Of a stretch of 53,634 bases of DNA, positions 1 to 10,099 are shown piece after piece. Numbering within the stretch: the first letter of the stretch is position 1; every line of letters begins with the position of its first letter. The DNA is taken from positions 1 through 53,634 of the forward strand of contig DXAQ01000122.1 in assembly GCA_019116905.1 (NCBI GenBank). Reading direction: 5' to 3'. Made by a program: the position numbers and the translations under genes. The DNA is from Candidatus Mucispirillum faecigallinarum (GTDB lineage Bacteria > Chrysiogenota > Deferribacteres > Deferribacterales > Mucispirillaceae). Under the pieces are notes generated by a model. That model was not told the DNA's origin and searched no databases. It saw only the letters and a program-made list of their open reading frames with translations.

Positions 1-271
1 TATGAAAAAGTTGATAATAACTTATGAAATTTTATGATTATTAATAAAATATATTTTTGTATGTATATTTTACATCTTAATAAATATTTATACGCAGCTT
101 TTATTTAATATTGAAAAACTTTTCTATTCAAATACGTTTAATTTATTTTATATAAAACTAAACTTATAGATACTTTCTAATATTAGTTTTTCTCTTATTA
201 TAATATTTAATATATGAACTTCATGATAGTCTTATAACTATTATTTCTTATATATAATCAATATAATATAA

Positions 272-2695
272 TTATTTTTTTATTCTCATTGAGTTTGTAA
301 CAACAAAAAGTGAGCTGAAACTCATAAATGCTGCACTCATTACAGGATGAATAAGTCCTGCACATGCTAATGGTATTGCTATTAGATTATATGAAAATGA
401 CCAGAAAAGATTTTCTTTAATAATTCTTAAAGTCTTTTTACATACTTTATGAGATTTTTCTATAATTGATAAGTCGTTACGAAGTAAAACTGCAGAAGCA
501 CTTTCAATAGAAATATCAGTAGAATTTCTCATAGATATTCCTACACTTGCAGCTGTTAATGCAATTGCATCATTAATACCATCCCCAATCATAACAGTTT
601 TCTTTGTATCTTTTGCGTTTTGCAGAATATCGCCCTTTTCAAATGGTGATACATTTGCAATAATATTTGCTTTAATACCAGCATTGCCTAGAATTATGTT
701 AGCAGCCTTTTGGCTGTCCCCTGTAATAATGGAAACAGCATTACCTTCTTTTTCTAAAAGTGAAATAGCTGCTGCCGCTTCATCTCTTATTATATCAGAA
801 ATAGAAAATACTCCTGCTAAAATATGATTAACTGATGCACATACTATTGTGTTACCATTTTCTATTGAGTTTTCAATATATTTTTCATATTCATCACTAA
901 AAGTAATATTATGCTCCTTTAAAAAGTTTACAGAGCCCAGTATTATTTTATTATTTTTAATTTCTGCAATAACGCCCTTTCCTGCTATTTCTTCAAATAC
1001 AGTATATTCATATAATTCATCATTCAGTAAAGATATGGCTTTAGATGCTGGATGTTTTGAGTAAAATGCTGCTGATGTAATCAAGTTTAATACAGAACTG
1101 CATGAAAATGAAAGTTTTTGGTCATTTACTGTCATATTGCCTGTTGTTATTGTGCCTGTTTTATCAAAATAAAAGTCATTAACATAAGCATATCTTTCAA
1201 TAGCTTCACCGTTTTTAAATATTATACCAGTTTCTGAAAGTTTATTAGTTGCAGAAATAACTGCCAGTGGAGTTGCAAGCCCCATAGCACATGGGCATGC
1301 TATTACTAATACAGATACTGCACGCATAATGGAAAGCTCTGCTCCTACTGATGCTAAAAAATACCAGTAAATAAAAGATAATAATGCAACTATTAATACA
1401 AATGGCACAAACTTGCCAATAAAATTATCAGCTATATCCTGTATTGGTGCTTTTGAGCTTTGAGCATCATCAACTGATGCTGCAATTTTAGATAGAAAAC
1501 TATCTACGCCTACATTTTCCGCCATTACAGTGCATGTGCCGTTAATAATTTTTGTGCCGGCATATACCATATCACCTTCTTTTTTATTAACAGGCATAGG
1601 CTCACCTGTTAACATTGATTCATCTACTTCACATACACCATCAATTATTTTACCATCAGCTGCTATATTTCCGCCTGGTGCTATTTCAAATAAATCACCT
1701 TTTATAAGCTGGTCAATCGGTATTGTTATGTAATTTTTTTCACCGTTGTTTTCAATAATAATTTTTTTAACATTTTTTGGTTTTAATGATAAAAGTTTTG
1801 CAACTGCGTTACCGCCCTTTTGTTTTGCTCCTGCCTCTATAAACCTGCCAAGCAGTATTAATGTAACTATCATAACAGATGTATCAAAATATGTTTCATA
1901 ACCTAAAAAAATTGCTGCAACACTGTATAAATAAGATGTACCTGCCCCTATTGCCACAAGTGTATCCATAGTAAAATGAAAATGTTTTATAGCTGCAAAG
2001 CTTTTTTGAAAAAATGGGTATGCAGAATAAACTAATACAGGAGTTGCAAGCGCCCAGGATAAAAGTTTAAATAAAAAATATAAGTTTTCATCCATGCCTT
2101 TAAAGTAGCCTGTATAATTTGCTATTGAATATATCATAACCTGCATAGTGAAAAATGCAGCAACGCCAAACCTGTAAAAATAATCTTTTCTTTCTTTATC
2201 ATGAATAGTTTCTATATTAGATGAAGGCAGCGGGCAGTAACCAAGCCTTGTTATTTTTTGCAGAACTTCTTTTACAGAAATATCTTTTGGATTAAAAACA
2301 ACTTTTGCTTTATGGTTAGCGTAATTTATACGAAATGATTTTATTCTGTCATCTTTTAATGCAGATGATTCTATAAGCCAGATACATGCTGCGCAGCGTA
2401 TACCTGAAATTACTATAGATAAAGAATAATCGCCATTTTTTAAAACTTCTAAAGATGTTTCAAAATATTCTTCATCTGCTTCTATCTGTTCAACAGGAGC
2501 AGCTTCCCAGTCAGTTCGTTTTGTATAGAATGAGCCAAACCCTTCATCATTAATCAAATGATAAACTGAACGGCAGCCTTCGCAGCAGAAATATTTATCA
2601 GTTTCTTTTTCATAAATACCTGTTTTCGGATTTACTTCCGATGAGCAGTGCGCACATATATATTGTTTTGTTTGTTTTGTATCTTCTGATTCCAT
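272..2695 (-). CDS. ccoI: CcoI/FixI-type heavy-metal (Cu) P1B-ATPase for cbb3 oxidase assembly
   Basis: N-terminal CAHC and YFCCEGC motifs, HMA motif GIRCAAC, LTGEP, ACPCAMGLATP, FDKTGT and GDGIND; last gene of the cco cluster. Confidence 0.93.
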   Translation of the reverse strand: MESEDTKQTKQYICAHCSSEVNPKTGIYEKETDKYFCCEGCRSVYHLINDEGFGSFYTKRTDWEAAPVEQIEADEEYFETSLEVLKNGDYSLSIVISGIRCAACIWLIESSALKDDRIKSFRINYANHKAKVVFNPKDISVKEVLQKITRLGYCPLPSSNIETIHDKERKDYFYRFGVAAFFTMQVMIYSIANYTGYFKGMDENLYFLFKLLSWALATPVLVYSAYPFFQKSFAAIKHFHFTMDTLVAIGAGTSYLYSVAAIFLGYETYFDTSVMIVTLILLGRFIEAGAKQKGGNAVAKLLSLKPKNVKKIIIENNGEKNYITIPIDQLIKGDLFEIAPGGNIAADGKIIDGVCEVDESMLTGEPMPVNKKEGDMVYAGTKIINGTCTVMAENVGVDSFLSKIAASVDDAQSSKAPIQDIADNFIGKFVPFVLIVALLSFIYWYFLASVGAELSIMRAVSVLVIACPCAMGLATPLAVISATNKLSETGIIFKNGEAIERYAYVNDFYFDKTGTITTGNMTVNDQKLSFSCSSVLNLITSAAFYSKHPASKAISLLNDELYEYTVFEEIAGKGVIAEIKNNKIILGSVNFLKEHNITFSDEYEKYIENSIENGNTIVCASVNHILAGVFSISDIIRDEAAAAISLLEKEGNAVSIITGDSQKAANIILGNAGIKANIIANVSPFEKGDILQNAKDTKKTVMIGDGINDAIALTAASVGISMRNSTDISIESASAVLLRNDLSIIEKSHKVCKKTLRIIKENLFWSFSYNLIAIPLACAGLIHPVMSAAFMSFSSLFVVTNSMRIKK

Positions 2696-2705
2696 AATAC
2701 GCTGC

Positions 2706-3386
2706 CTAATCCGTAACTATATTGCATGTAAATTTTATAATAAATAATATACTTTGTAAAAGAAATTTAAAAAAGCCTGATATAAATATAAAAACATTTA
2801 TTATACCGTTGAATATTTTTTCTAACATTATGATAATCAAATAAAAGATATATGATAAGCCTTTTGCAGTATAGTTTATACCATTTATTACTAAGCGAAA
2901 TATATCATATATACATTCAACTATCATACCTAAAAGACTGCCACTTGAACTACCTTCTGCTCTGCTGCTTAGAGTTTTGATTAATGTATTATTTGAATTA
3001 TTACTAAAAATAGAGAATATAACATTCAGTTTTATTTTATCATTTTTAAATAGAGCTGGAATATAATATCCTAAATTAATTATATATGCTAATACGTCTT
3101 TACAAGATATTTGTTTAGAATAAAAAAATAGATTTGCTTTTAAAGTATTTTCATAAACTTCTATTGATTTAATATTTTGGTTAAATAATAATACTTGTAA
3201 ACATGAATTTTTAAGATATTCATGAGAAAATAAATTTTTTAAAGTAAACTGTAATTTAGTATTTCTAAATATTTTTTTTTGAATATAATTATTAAAGCTG
3301 ACAATATCTATATTATGTGATAATAAAACCATATCATCATTATTATTTTCTATTTTTTTATTAGATATTGTAATATCATAAATCAA
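2706..3386 (-). CDS. Hypothetical protein with a degenerate HMA-like domain and a hydrophobic C-terminus
   Basis: 226-aa ORF with TTG start and an upstream GAGG. Residues 72-107 align without gaps to CcoI residues 118-153 (16/36 identical by hand). The C-terminal ~70 aa are hydrophobic. Confidence 0.65.
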   Translation of the reverse strand: MIYDITISNKKIENNNDDMVLLSHNIDIVSFNNYIQKKIFRNTKLQFTLKNLFSHEYLKNSCLQVLLFNQNIKSIEVYENTLKANLFFYSKQISCKDVLAYIINLGYYIPALFKNDKIKLNVIFSIFSNNSNNTLIKTLSSRAEGSSSGSLLGMIVECIYDIFRLVINGINYTAKGLSYIFYLIIIMLEKIFNGIINVFIFISGFFKFLLQSILFIIKFTCNIVTD

Positions 3387-3410
3387 AATAATACCTCAAA
3401 ATGATAAATT

Positions 3411-3581
3411 CTATTTTTTCTGCCTGTTTAAAGTGTCATCATCGTCATCATCATTTAACATTCTATATTTTGGACCTTCAATATCATCAAACTGATTTTT
3501 TTTGCTGGATAAAATAAACCATAAAAATGCACTAATACCAACCACAAGGCTTACTAATATCAATACAAACATTGATTTCAT
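3411..3581 (-). CDS. ccoS: cbb3 oxidase assembly protein CcoS/FixS (56 aa, not in ORF track)
   Basis: Hand translation MKSMFVLILVSLVVGISAFLWFILSSKKNQFDDIEGPKYRMLNDDDDDDTLNRQKK*: one TM helix followed by the QFDD.EG..RML.DD signature; position within the cco cluster. Confidence 0.9.
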   Translation of the reverse strand: MKSMFVLILVSLVVGISAFLWFILSSKKNQFDDIEGPKYRMLNDDDDDDTLNRQKK

Positions 3582-3586
3582 AATAT

Positions 3587-4027
3587 TTACTCAACATAAA
3601 CTGATTTTATTACTTTAATTGTATCATTACCATTATCTATGAAAAAATGAAATACAACTAAGTATAATCCAGAAGGAAGTTTTTTATTTATTCCTTCAAA
3701 GCTTTCACCATTATTGTTAATTTCAGTAACATTTAAAATATCTGGTTTATTAGGGTATGTAATTTCAATTTTTGCAATTTTTAAATTATTATATTTATCA
3801 CTAAAATTTGTATTATAAGTAAGTAATGTATAATCAGACTGAGTATCCAGCTTTACATTACTAATCATTGTTTCTAATTCTTTAATTACTGGTGCAGTTT
3901 TATTATATTTTACAGAATTTTGGTATACATTAGTTTCAAAAGTTCCCTCAAAACTTTTATTACCAAAATAAAGCATTATAAGTAAAAGAATTATTCCTGT
4001 TGCAATTAAAGCTATCATTGGTTTCAT
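3587..4027 (-). CDS. Putative CcoH/FixH-like accessory protein
   Basis: N-terminal TM anchor, 'ETNVYQNSVKYN' resembling the FixH Y..gl.Yn motif, beta-rich C-terminus (LPSGLYLV); lies directly downstream of ccoG. Confidence 0.6.
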   Translation of the reverse strand: MKPMIALIATGIILLLIMLYFGNKSFEGTFETNVYQNSVKYNKTAPVIKELETMISNVKLDTQSDYTLLTYNTNFSDKYNNLKIAKIEITYPNKPDILNVTEINNNGESFEGINKKLPSGLYLVVFHFFIDNGNDTIKVIKSVYVE

Positions 4028-4045
4028 AATTATAATAACCTCTTA

Positions 4046-5221
4046 TTATTTAAGATTAATTTCATAAGTTAATGGATGACCATGTCTGCTGTAATAAACA
4101 GCTAATACTAATTTTCCATTAGGAATATTACCTAATGTATTGATAGTTAACGTTTCAGTTTTAGTAGATTGTATAAAAACCCTTATCATTTCAGGTTTAA
4201 TTTCTGCTAAATTATCAGGGTTAACAAATTTAACTCTAATAGGTTTTTCAAGATTATTTTTTATTTCAACATCGCATGTATATACGCCATTACCTAATGA
4301 TTTAACATTATTTGCAAAGTTTACTACCACAGGTTCACTTGTAGAAACAATTTGATAAACTAATACAAATAATAAAGCTAATGATACAATAAATGTTACA
4401 ATTAAATTTGGACGTTTAAAATTTAATTTATCCTGTTTACCCCATACATACCCTAAAATACCGTTAGTATTTTCTTTTTTCTGAAAAACTTTATTACAAG
4501 CAGTAACACAAGTTTCGCAGTATATACAATCTGCATCAGGATTTTTTCTAGGGTCAATATGTGTAGGACATACTCTTAAACAAGCTTTACAGTCAAGACA
4601 TTGAGATTCTTTACCAGGTATCATGCCCACATATAATGTATCATCATCGGTCATAACAACTTGAAATTTAGAATATGGGCAAACGTATTTGCACCATTTA
4701 AACCTAACAAATGCAAAATCTACAAAAATAAATAAAAATAAAACTATACCTATAACTACCATAATATGAGAGTTTTTTAATGTTTCTATAAAATCATAAG
4801 GTGAAACAAAATACATCATCCATATTGTAGTTAAAATTAAGGCAAATAATGCGGCAAATACTAACTCTGCTATATAACGAATAGTTTTATTTTTAAATTT
4901 TTTAGCATATTTTTCAATTCTAATGGCAAAAAATGATTGAGGACAAAGCCAGCCACACCATACCCTGCCTAAAAGCTGTGTTGTAAAAATAAATAAAAAC
5001 ACTAAAAGTAGTATTGCAATAAATGCTGAAAAGAAACTTGCAAAATCTACTGTTTGATTAAATGCATAAAGATGAAGTGTAGGAATATCAAACCTAAAAA
5101 GACTGTTTCCATTAGAAGTTTTTATAAATGGTATAATGAAAACGCAGGCTGCAACAATAAATTGCAGCAGCCTGTATATTTTACCACGGAGAACACTATT
5201 TGCTTTCATCATCGTCATCAT
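4046..5221 (-). CDS. ccoG: CcoG/FixG 4Fe-4S accessory protein (true start probably 5212 or 5209)
   Basis: GRVWCGWLCPQ, WCKYVCPY, CLDCKACLRVCP and CIYCETCVTAC motifs plus TM helices; GGAGG at 5222-5226. Confidence 0.9.
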   Translation of the reverse strand: MMTMMKANSVLRGKIYRLLQFIVAACVFIIPFIKTSNGNSLFRFDIPTLHLYAFNQTVDFASFFSAFIAILLLVFLFIFTTQLLGRVWCGWLCPQSFFAIRIEKYAKKFKNKTIRYIAELVFAALFALILTTIWMMYFVSPYDFIETLKNSHIMVVIGIVLFLFIFVDFAFVRFKWCKYVCPYSKFQVVMTDDDTLYVGMIPGKESQCLDCKACLRVCPTHIDPRKNPDADCIYCETCVTACNKVFQKKENTNGILGYVWGKQDKLNFKRPNLIVTFIVSLALLFVLVYQIVSTSEPVVVNFANNVKSLGNGVYTCDVEIKNNLEKPIRVKFVNPDNLAEIKPEMIRVFIQSTKTETLTINTLGNIPNGKLVLAVYYSRHGHPLTYEINLK

Positions 5222-5414
5222 CCTCCATCATACGATATTTAGGTGATTCCACTGATTTTTTTCTTTTTGAAGAAAAGAAGTATATTGCAATTCCCAAAAG
5301 TATTAATACTAAGGCGAATTCAAAACCAAGCACTACATAGCCTGCTGCTGCAGACTGTAACTGTTCTCCTTCTTCAACTGTTTGTATAGCAATAGTGTTC
5401 CCGTTATCCTGCAT
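5196..5414 (-). CDS. ccoQ: CcoQ-like small subunit
   Basis: 72 aa, one TM helix, then YFFSSKRKKSVESPKYRMMEDD; position in the cco cluster. Confidence 0.65.
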   Translation of the reverse strand: MQDNGNTIAIQTVEEGEQLQSAAAGYVVLGFEFALVLILLGIAIYFFSSKRKKSVESPKYRMMEDDDDDESK

Positions 5415-5425
5415 ATTATGCTCCT

Positions 5426-5638
5426 TTATTTTGGTTGAATTTTACCACTTATTGGGTGTTCAGATTCATACGCTCCACTTTGTGTCCAATTAGTAAACAT
5501 TGGAGTATAAGCATATAAGTAATATATCCCCCAAACAATTAACGCTGCAAAAAATATTACCCAGCCTAAAGGAAGATTGTTTTCTGTATCCTTACGGTTT
5601 AAACCAGGGATATCATCTTGTTCATCAAAATTAGACAT
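5426..5638 (-). CDS. Stand-alone CcoP/FixP N-terminal membrane domain without heme
   Basis: 70 aa; ENNLPLGWVIFFAALIVWGIYYLY resembles the FixP_N E.DNPLP.WW...F...I.W...Y motif; no CxxCH; GGAGG RBS upstream. Confidence 0.75.
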   Translation of the reverse strand: MSNFDEQDDIPGLNRKDTENNLPLGWVIFFAALIVWGIYYLYAYTPMFTNWTQSGAYESEHPISGKIQPK

Positions 5639-5656
5639 AATTCATTCCTCCTTTTA

Positions 5657-6568
5657 TTATTTCGCTAAAGTTCTAACATAAGCAGCAACTGACCAGATAT
5701 CATCTATTGTCATAAATTTTAAATGACCTGGCATAGAACCTTCAATACCATTAGCAATAGTAACAAACATCATGCCATCAGTATAATCTGGTAATGCTTC
5801 TGCATAAGTTAAGTTTGTAACATCATAACCTTCTGCGTTACCTTTACCATTAGCAGCATGGCAGCCTACGCATAATAAGTCATATATTTCCTGACCTCTA
5901 CTAATTTTTTCTTGATTATTAAGGAAAGGATTTGTTACATTTTCAAATGCAGTTTCATCAGCTAATACAGCATGTGTATTTTGAACGTAAGTTCCTAACT
6001 GCTGTAAATAAGCAACTATAGCATCAAGTTCTGTTGCATCTTTAAGTGCATCAATATCTTCCTGAGTATATGTTAACCCTAATAATTTAGCATGTTTTTC
6101 TATTTCCACTGGGTCTAATTTTTTCTCAGCAAGCCAAGGGTATTTTGGCATGTTAGATTTTGGGAAAAAGTGTTGTGGGTTAAGTAAGTGTGCTTTTTGC
6201 CATTCATCTGAATATAAGCCACCTACTCTTGCTAAATCTGGACCAGTTCTTTTTGAACCCCATAAGAATGGACGTTCATAAGCACTTTCACCAGGTTGTG
6301 AGATTTCACCATATCTTAATACATCAGCTTTTAATGGACGAACTGTTTGAGAGTGACAGTTTATGCACCCTTCTTTTTGGTAAACATCACGGCCAGCAAG
6401 TTGAAGTGGAGTATATGGATTATTTGGAACATTTTCCAGTTTTGGATGCATTGCTGTTGTCATCATTGGAACAAATACTGTAACAATTGTACCAACAAGT
6501 ATAACAACTAATGCTACTACTGTGAAAATTAAGGCTTTATTGTAAATGCTGTTATTATTTTCACTCAT
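5657..6568 (-). CDS. ccoO: cbb3 oxidase subunit II (CcoO) fused to a second cytochrome c domain
   Basis: [37 protein letters not shown] and SNMP motifs; the C-terminal domain has CVGCH and GSMP. Confidence 0.92.
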   Translation of the reverse strand: MSENNNSIYNKALIFTVVALVVILVGTIVTVFVPMMTTAMHPKLENVPNNPYTPLQLAGRDVYQKEGCINCHSQTVRPLKADVLRYGEISQPGESAYERPFLWGSKRTGPDLARVGGLYSDEWQKAHLLNPQHFFPKSNMPKYPWLAEKKLDPVEIEKHAKLLGLTYTQEDIDALKDATELDAIVAYLQQLGTYVQNTHAVLADETAFENVTNPFLNNQEKISRGQEIYDLLCVGCHAANGKGNAEGYDVTNLTYAEALPDYTDGMMFVTIANGIEGSMPGHLKFMTIDDIWSVAAYVRTLAK

Positions 6569-6579
6569 ATCTCATACTC

Positions 6580-7974
6580 CTATTGATTAGATAAATTTTG
6601 TTTGCCTTTTACAATAGTCATAATGAAGTTGAAAAGGAAAACAAGCATACCAACAATAAATATTAAACCAAATACTGACCTAGCCATCCAATATGGATAG
6701 TTGCCCACTAATGTTTCAATAAATGAATATGTTAATGTGCCATCAACGTTAGTAGATTTCCACATAAGACCTTGACGGATACCTGTTATCCACATAGTAA
6801 TAGAGAAACCTATTTGACCTAAAAGAACAAGCCAAAAGTGAGTATTTGCTAAGCTTTCACTGTATATTTCTGTTTTATATACTCTTGTTGTTATATAATA
6901 AATTGCAGCAGTTACAGTTAATACAACCCAACCCATTGTTCCCATGTGAACGTGTCCTGGAACCCAGTCAGTGTAGTGAACAAGAGAGCTTACTGCACGA
7001 AGACCTTGTGTTGGACCTTGTAATGTTTGTAAACCATAGAATGTAATACCTGCAATAAAGAATTTAGCTAAATAAGCAGTTCTAAGTTTAGACCAGTCTG
7101 GAGCAAGTGTTAAATAACCGTTTACTACAGAACCCCATGATGGAGCAATCAGAAGGATTGTAAACACAATACCTAATGTTTGAAGCCAATCTGGAAGTGG
7201 TGTATAAACAAGGTGGTGAGCACCTGTCCATAAATACATGAATATCAATGACCAGAAAGATACAATTGATAATCTGTGGCTGTATATTGGCATACCAGTA
7301 GATTTTGGTAAGAAATAGTAGAAAATTGCTAAAATTGGTGTAGTAAATAAGAAACCAACTGCATTGTGTCCATACCACCATTCTACATTGGCACTGTTAA
7401 GACCTGCATATAAATGGTAAGATTTTCCAAAAGATGCAATAAGATGTAAGTTGTTTACAATGTATAATACTGCAACAGCTACTATTGTTGCAAGAATATA
7501 CCATAAAGAAACATACATGTGTTTTTCTTTTCTTGTAAGTATTGTACCAAGAACATTAATTGCAAATAATACCCATGCTACAACAACACCAAGGTCAACA
7601 AACCATTCAAATTCAGCATATTCAAGTGATTGGTTATAACCTGCGAAAAGAGAAAGCATACCAACAAGTACTACTATATTAAAAAATACAAGTTGAAAAA
7701 CTGCAAGCTTAGGGAAAATTAAACTGCGTTTAGTAAGACGTCCTATAATGTAATAGAATGCCCCCATTTCTGCAGTAATACCAAGCCCGTAAGCAAGAAC
7801 ATTTGTGTGAACCGTTCTAAGACGGCCGAATGAAAAATACTCTCCAAAATTGAAGCTAACACTCCACATTTGAGCAGAGATGAGAAGACCTAACACAAGA
7901 CCTATAACACCCCAGAATAATGCAGAATAGATATAGCCCATAACAATTTTAGAATCGCCTGAGATTTCTTTCAT
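6580..7974 (-). CDS. ccoN: cbb3-type cytochrome c oxidase subunit I
   Basis: FGRLRTVHTN, WWYGHNAVGF, GAHH and GHVHMG motifs; multiple TM helices. Confidence 0.96.
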   Translation of the reverse strand: MKEISGDSKIVMGYIYSALFWGVIGLVLGLLISAQMWSVSFNFGEYFSFGRLRTVHTNVLAYGLGITAEMGAFYYIIGRLTKRSLIFPKLAVFQLVFFNIVVLVGMLSLFAGYNQSLEYAEFEWFVDLGVVVAWVLFAINVLGTILTRKEKHMYVSLWYILATIVAVAVLYIVNNLHLIASFGKSYHLYAGLNSANVEWWYGHNAVGFLFTTPILAIFYYFLPKSTGMPIYSHRLSIVSFWSLIFMYLWTGAHHLVYTPLPDWLQTLGIVFTILLIAPSWGSVVNGYLTLAPDWSKLRTAYLAKFFIAGITFYGLQTLQGPTQGLRAVSSLVHYTDWVPGHVHMGTMGWVVLTVTAAIYYITTRVYKTEIYSESLANTHFWLVLLGQIGFSITMWITGIRQGLMWKSTNVDGTLTYSFIETLVGNYPYWMARSVFGLIFIVGMLVFLFNFIMTIVKGKQNLSNQ

Positions 7975-8016
7975 TGCATATCCCCCATAAAGATTTTATT
8001 TAACTGCTATGTGGTT

Positions 8017-8045
8017 ATAGTATCAGAAAAATCAATATAAATCAA
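8017..8045 (-). promoter_or_regulatory. Candidate sigma-70 promoter of the cco operon
   Basis: Minus strand reads TTGATT (8045-8040), 17 nt, then TACTAT (8022-8017) preceded by an extended TGn; about 40 nt upstream of the ccoN ATG. Confidence 0.5.
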
Positions 8046-8074
8046 GATAGAAAGTATCTTTTTATATTGATTTT
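8028..8074. repeat. 20-bp inverted repeat overlapping the candidate -35
   Basis: aaaatcaatataaa[tc]aagata-gaaag-tatctttttatattgatttt; arms are perfect apart from a 2-nt bulge. Confidence 0.6.
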
Positions 8075-8158
8075 ATCTAATATTTATATTTCCTATATAT
8101 ATAAACATATTATAAAAATTAGTTAATGTATAAATTTATCTTTATAATTAAGTTTTCT

Positions 8159-9004
8159 TTACGAAAGTTCGGAAAAATTATCAATTAACCTTGTATTACC
8201 AACATATACAGCTAATAAAACAGCATACTTATTATTAACTGTTTTAATATCTTCAAGTGTTTCAGGGTCTACTATTTTTATGTAATCAATTATTGTATAA
8301 GGTACTGATGTTATAATTTTTCTTATTTCATTAATTATAACATCTGCATTATTTTCACCATTTTTAATAAGTAATGATGCTTTTTTTAAGCTTTGGTTTA
8401 AAGATAATGCTGATTTCCTTTCATCATCAGTAAGATATACATTTCTAGAGCTTAATGCTAATCCACTTTCTTCCCTGACTATTTCAACAGGATTAATTTT
8501 AACAGGAAAATTTAAATCTTCTACCATTTTTTTTATTATTACATACTGCTGAAAATCTTTTAAACCAAAATAAGAATTATCAGGAGTAACAATATTAAAT
8601 AATTTTGAAACAACCTGACAGACACCAGCAAAGTGTACTGGTCTTGTTATACCGCATAATTTTTCAGAAAGCCCTTCTACTTTTATAATTGTTTTATTAT
8701 TTTTATTATACATTTCATCAGGTTCTGGGTTAAAAATTATATCACCGCCTAATGATGAAACAAGTTCACTGTCTCTTTTTATATCACGTGGATATTTTTC
8801 TAAATCTTCATTTGGTCCAAACTGGGTTGGGTTTACAAAAACACTTACTACTGTTTTATTATTGTTTTTAACTGACGTTTCTATTAATGAGCCATGACCT
8901 GCATGAAGATAACCCATAGTTGGTACAAGACCTATAGTGTTGCCTTCTTTTCTCCATTCTTTTATGATTTCTCTAATTTCTGAAATTGTTTTTACTATAC
9001 GCAT
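8159..9004 (-). CDS. panC: Pantoate--beta-alanine ligase
   Basis: VPTMGYLHAGH, FVNPTQF, RPVHFAGV, GLKDFQQ, LALSSRN and RLIDN motifs. Confidence 0.96.
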   Translation of the reverse strand: MRIVKTISEIREIIKEWRKEGNTIGLVPTMGYLHAGHGSLIETSVKNNNKTVVSVFVNPTQFGPNEDLEKYPRDIKRDSELVSSLGGDIIFNPEPDEMYNKNNKTIIKVEGLSEKLCGITRPVHFAGVCQVVSKLFNIVTPDNSYFGLKDFQQYVIIKKMVEDLNFPVKINPVEIVREESGLALSSRNVYLTDDERKSALSLNQSLKKASLLIKNGENNADVIINEIRKIITSVPYTIIDYIKIVDPETLEDIKTVNNKYAVLLAVYVGNTRLIDNFSELS

Positions 9005-9016
9005 AATATTTATCCT

Positions 9017-9832
9017 TTATTTAAATGAATGTTCTTCATCAGGAAAAGCTCCTGATTTTACATCATTAATATATTCTTTTGCTGCTTTTTCTATTACATC
9101 AGCTACATTTGCATATCTTTTAACAAACTTTGGTTTAAAATCAGTAAAAATGCCAAAAACATCATGATAAACAAGGATTTGACCGCTGCACCCTGCCCCT
9201 GCTCCTATTCCTATAGTTGGTACATTTATATTATTAGTGATAATTTCTGCACTTTTACTAGATACACCTTCTAATACAATAGAAAAAACGCCTGCTTTTT
9301 CTAATGCTTTTGCATCTTCCAGTAATAATTCTGCCCCTTCTTTGCCAAATATTTTATAACCGCCCATAGTATTTATCATCTGAGGTTTTAAACCAATATG
9401 CCCCATAACACCAATACCTGTATTAACTAATTTTTCTACAAGCGGCGCAATTTCTTTTCCGCCCTCTAATTTTACAGCAGGCACTTCTGTTTCTTTTACT
9501 AATCTAATGGCATTCATTAAAGCGCTGTTAATATCTGCATGATATGAACCAAATGGCATATCTGCCACCACAAAAGCACGATTTACTGCCCTTTTAACTG
9601 ATTTTGTATGATATATTATTTCTTCAATAGTAACAGGTATTGTGGAATTATAGCCATTCATTACCATACCCAAAGAATCGCCTACTAAAATTAAGTCTAT
9701 TCCTGCATTATCTATTATTTTAGCTGATGTATAATCATAAGCTGTAAGGCATGTAATTTTATCATTATTTTCTTTCATTTTTATAAATGAATTAATATTT
9801 AACGCTTGTTTTACTTCTTTATGAACGCTCAA
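9017..9832 (-). CDS. panB: 3-methyl-2-oxobutanoate hydroxymethyltransferase
   Basis: LTAYD, ILVGDSLGM, ADMPFGSY, VKLEGG and IGIGAG motifs; TTG start. Confidence 0.96.
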   Translation of the reverse strand: MSVHKEVKQALNINSFIKMKENNDKITCLTAYDYTSAKIIDNAGIDLILVGDSLGMVMNGYNSTIPVTIEEIIYHTKSVKRAVNRAFVVADMPFGSYHADINSALMNAIRLVKETEVPAVKLEGGKEIAPLVEKLVNTGIGVMGHIGLKPQMINTMGGYKIFGKEGAELLLEDAKALEKAGVFSIVLEGVSSKSAEIITNNINVPTIGIGAGAGCSGQILVYHDVFGIFTDFKPKFVKRYANVADVIEKAAKEYINDVKSGAFPDEEHSFK

Positions 9833-10099
9833 AACTAAATACCCCCATAATAATATACCATATTATTAATAAAAAAATATATACTACTTGTTATTTTAAA
9901 TGTAAATCAAAATAAACAAGTTTTTCATAAAGTATGCAATAATAAGCTAATTTTTATAATTTTTCAATATCTTATGCAGATTGTATAAAAAATTTAGGAA
10001 AAATTATTGATTTTATAATATTTTCTATGGCAAAATATTATAATGTTATATATATTATAAAAGAAGATAAAATTTATCTTAATTATATAAGGAGTTAAT

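Noticed and set aside
1..271. AT-rich left edge
   Set aside because: No ORF, convincing hairpin or repeat found.
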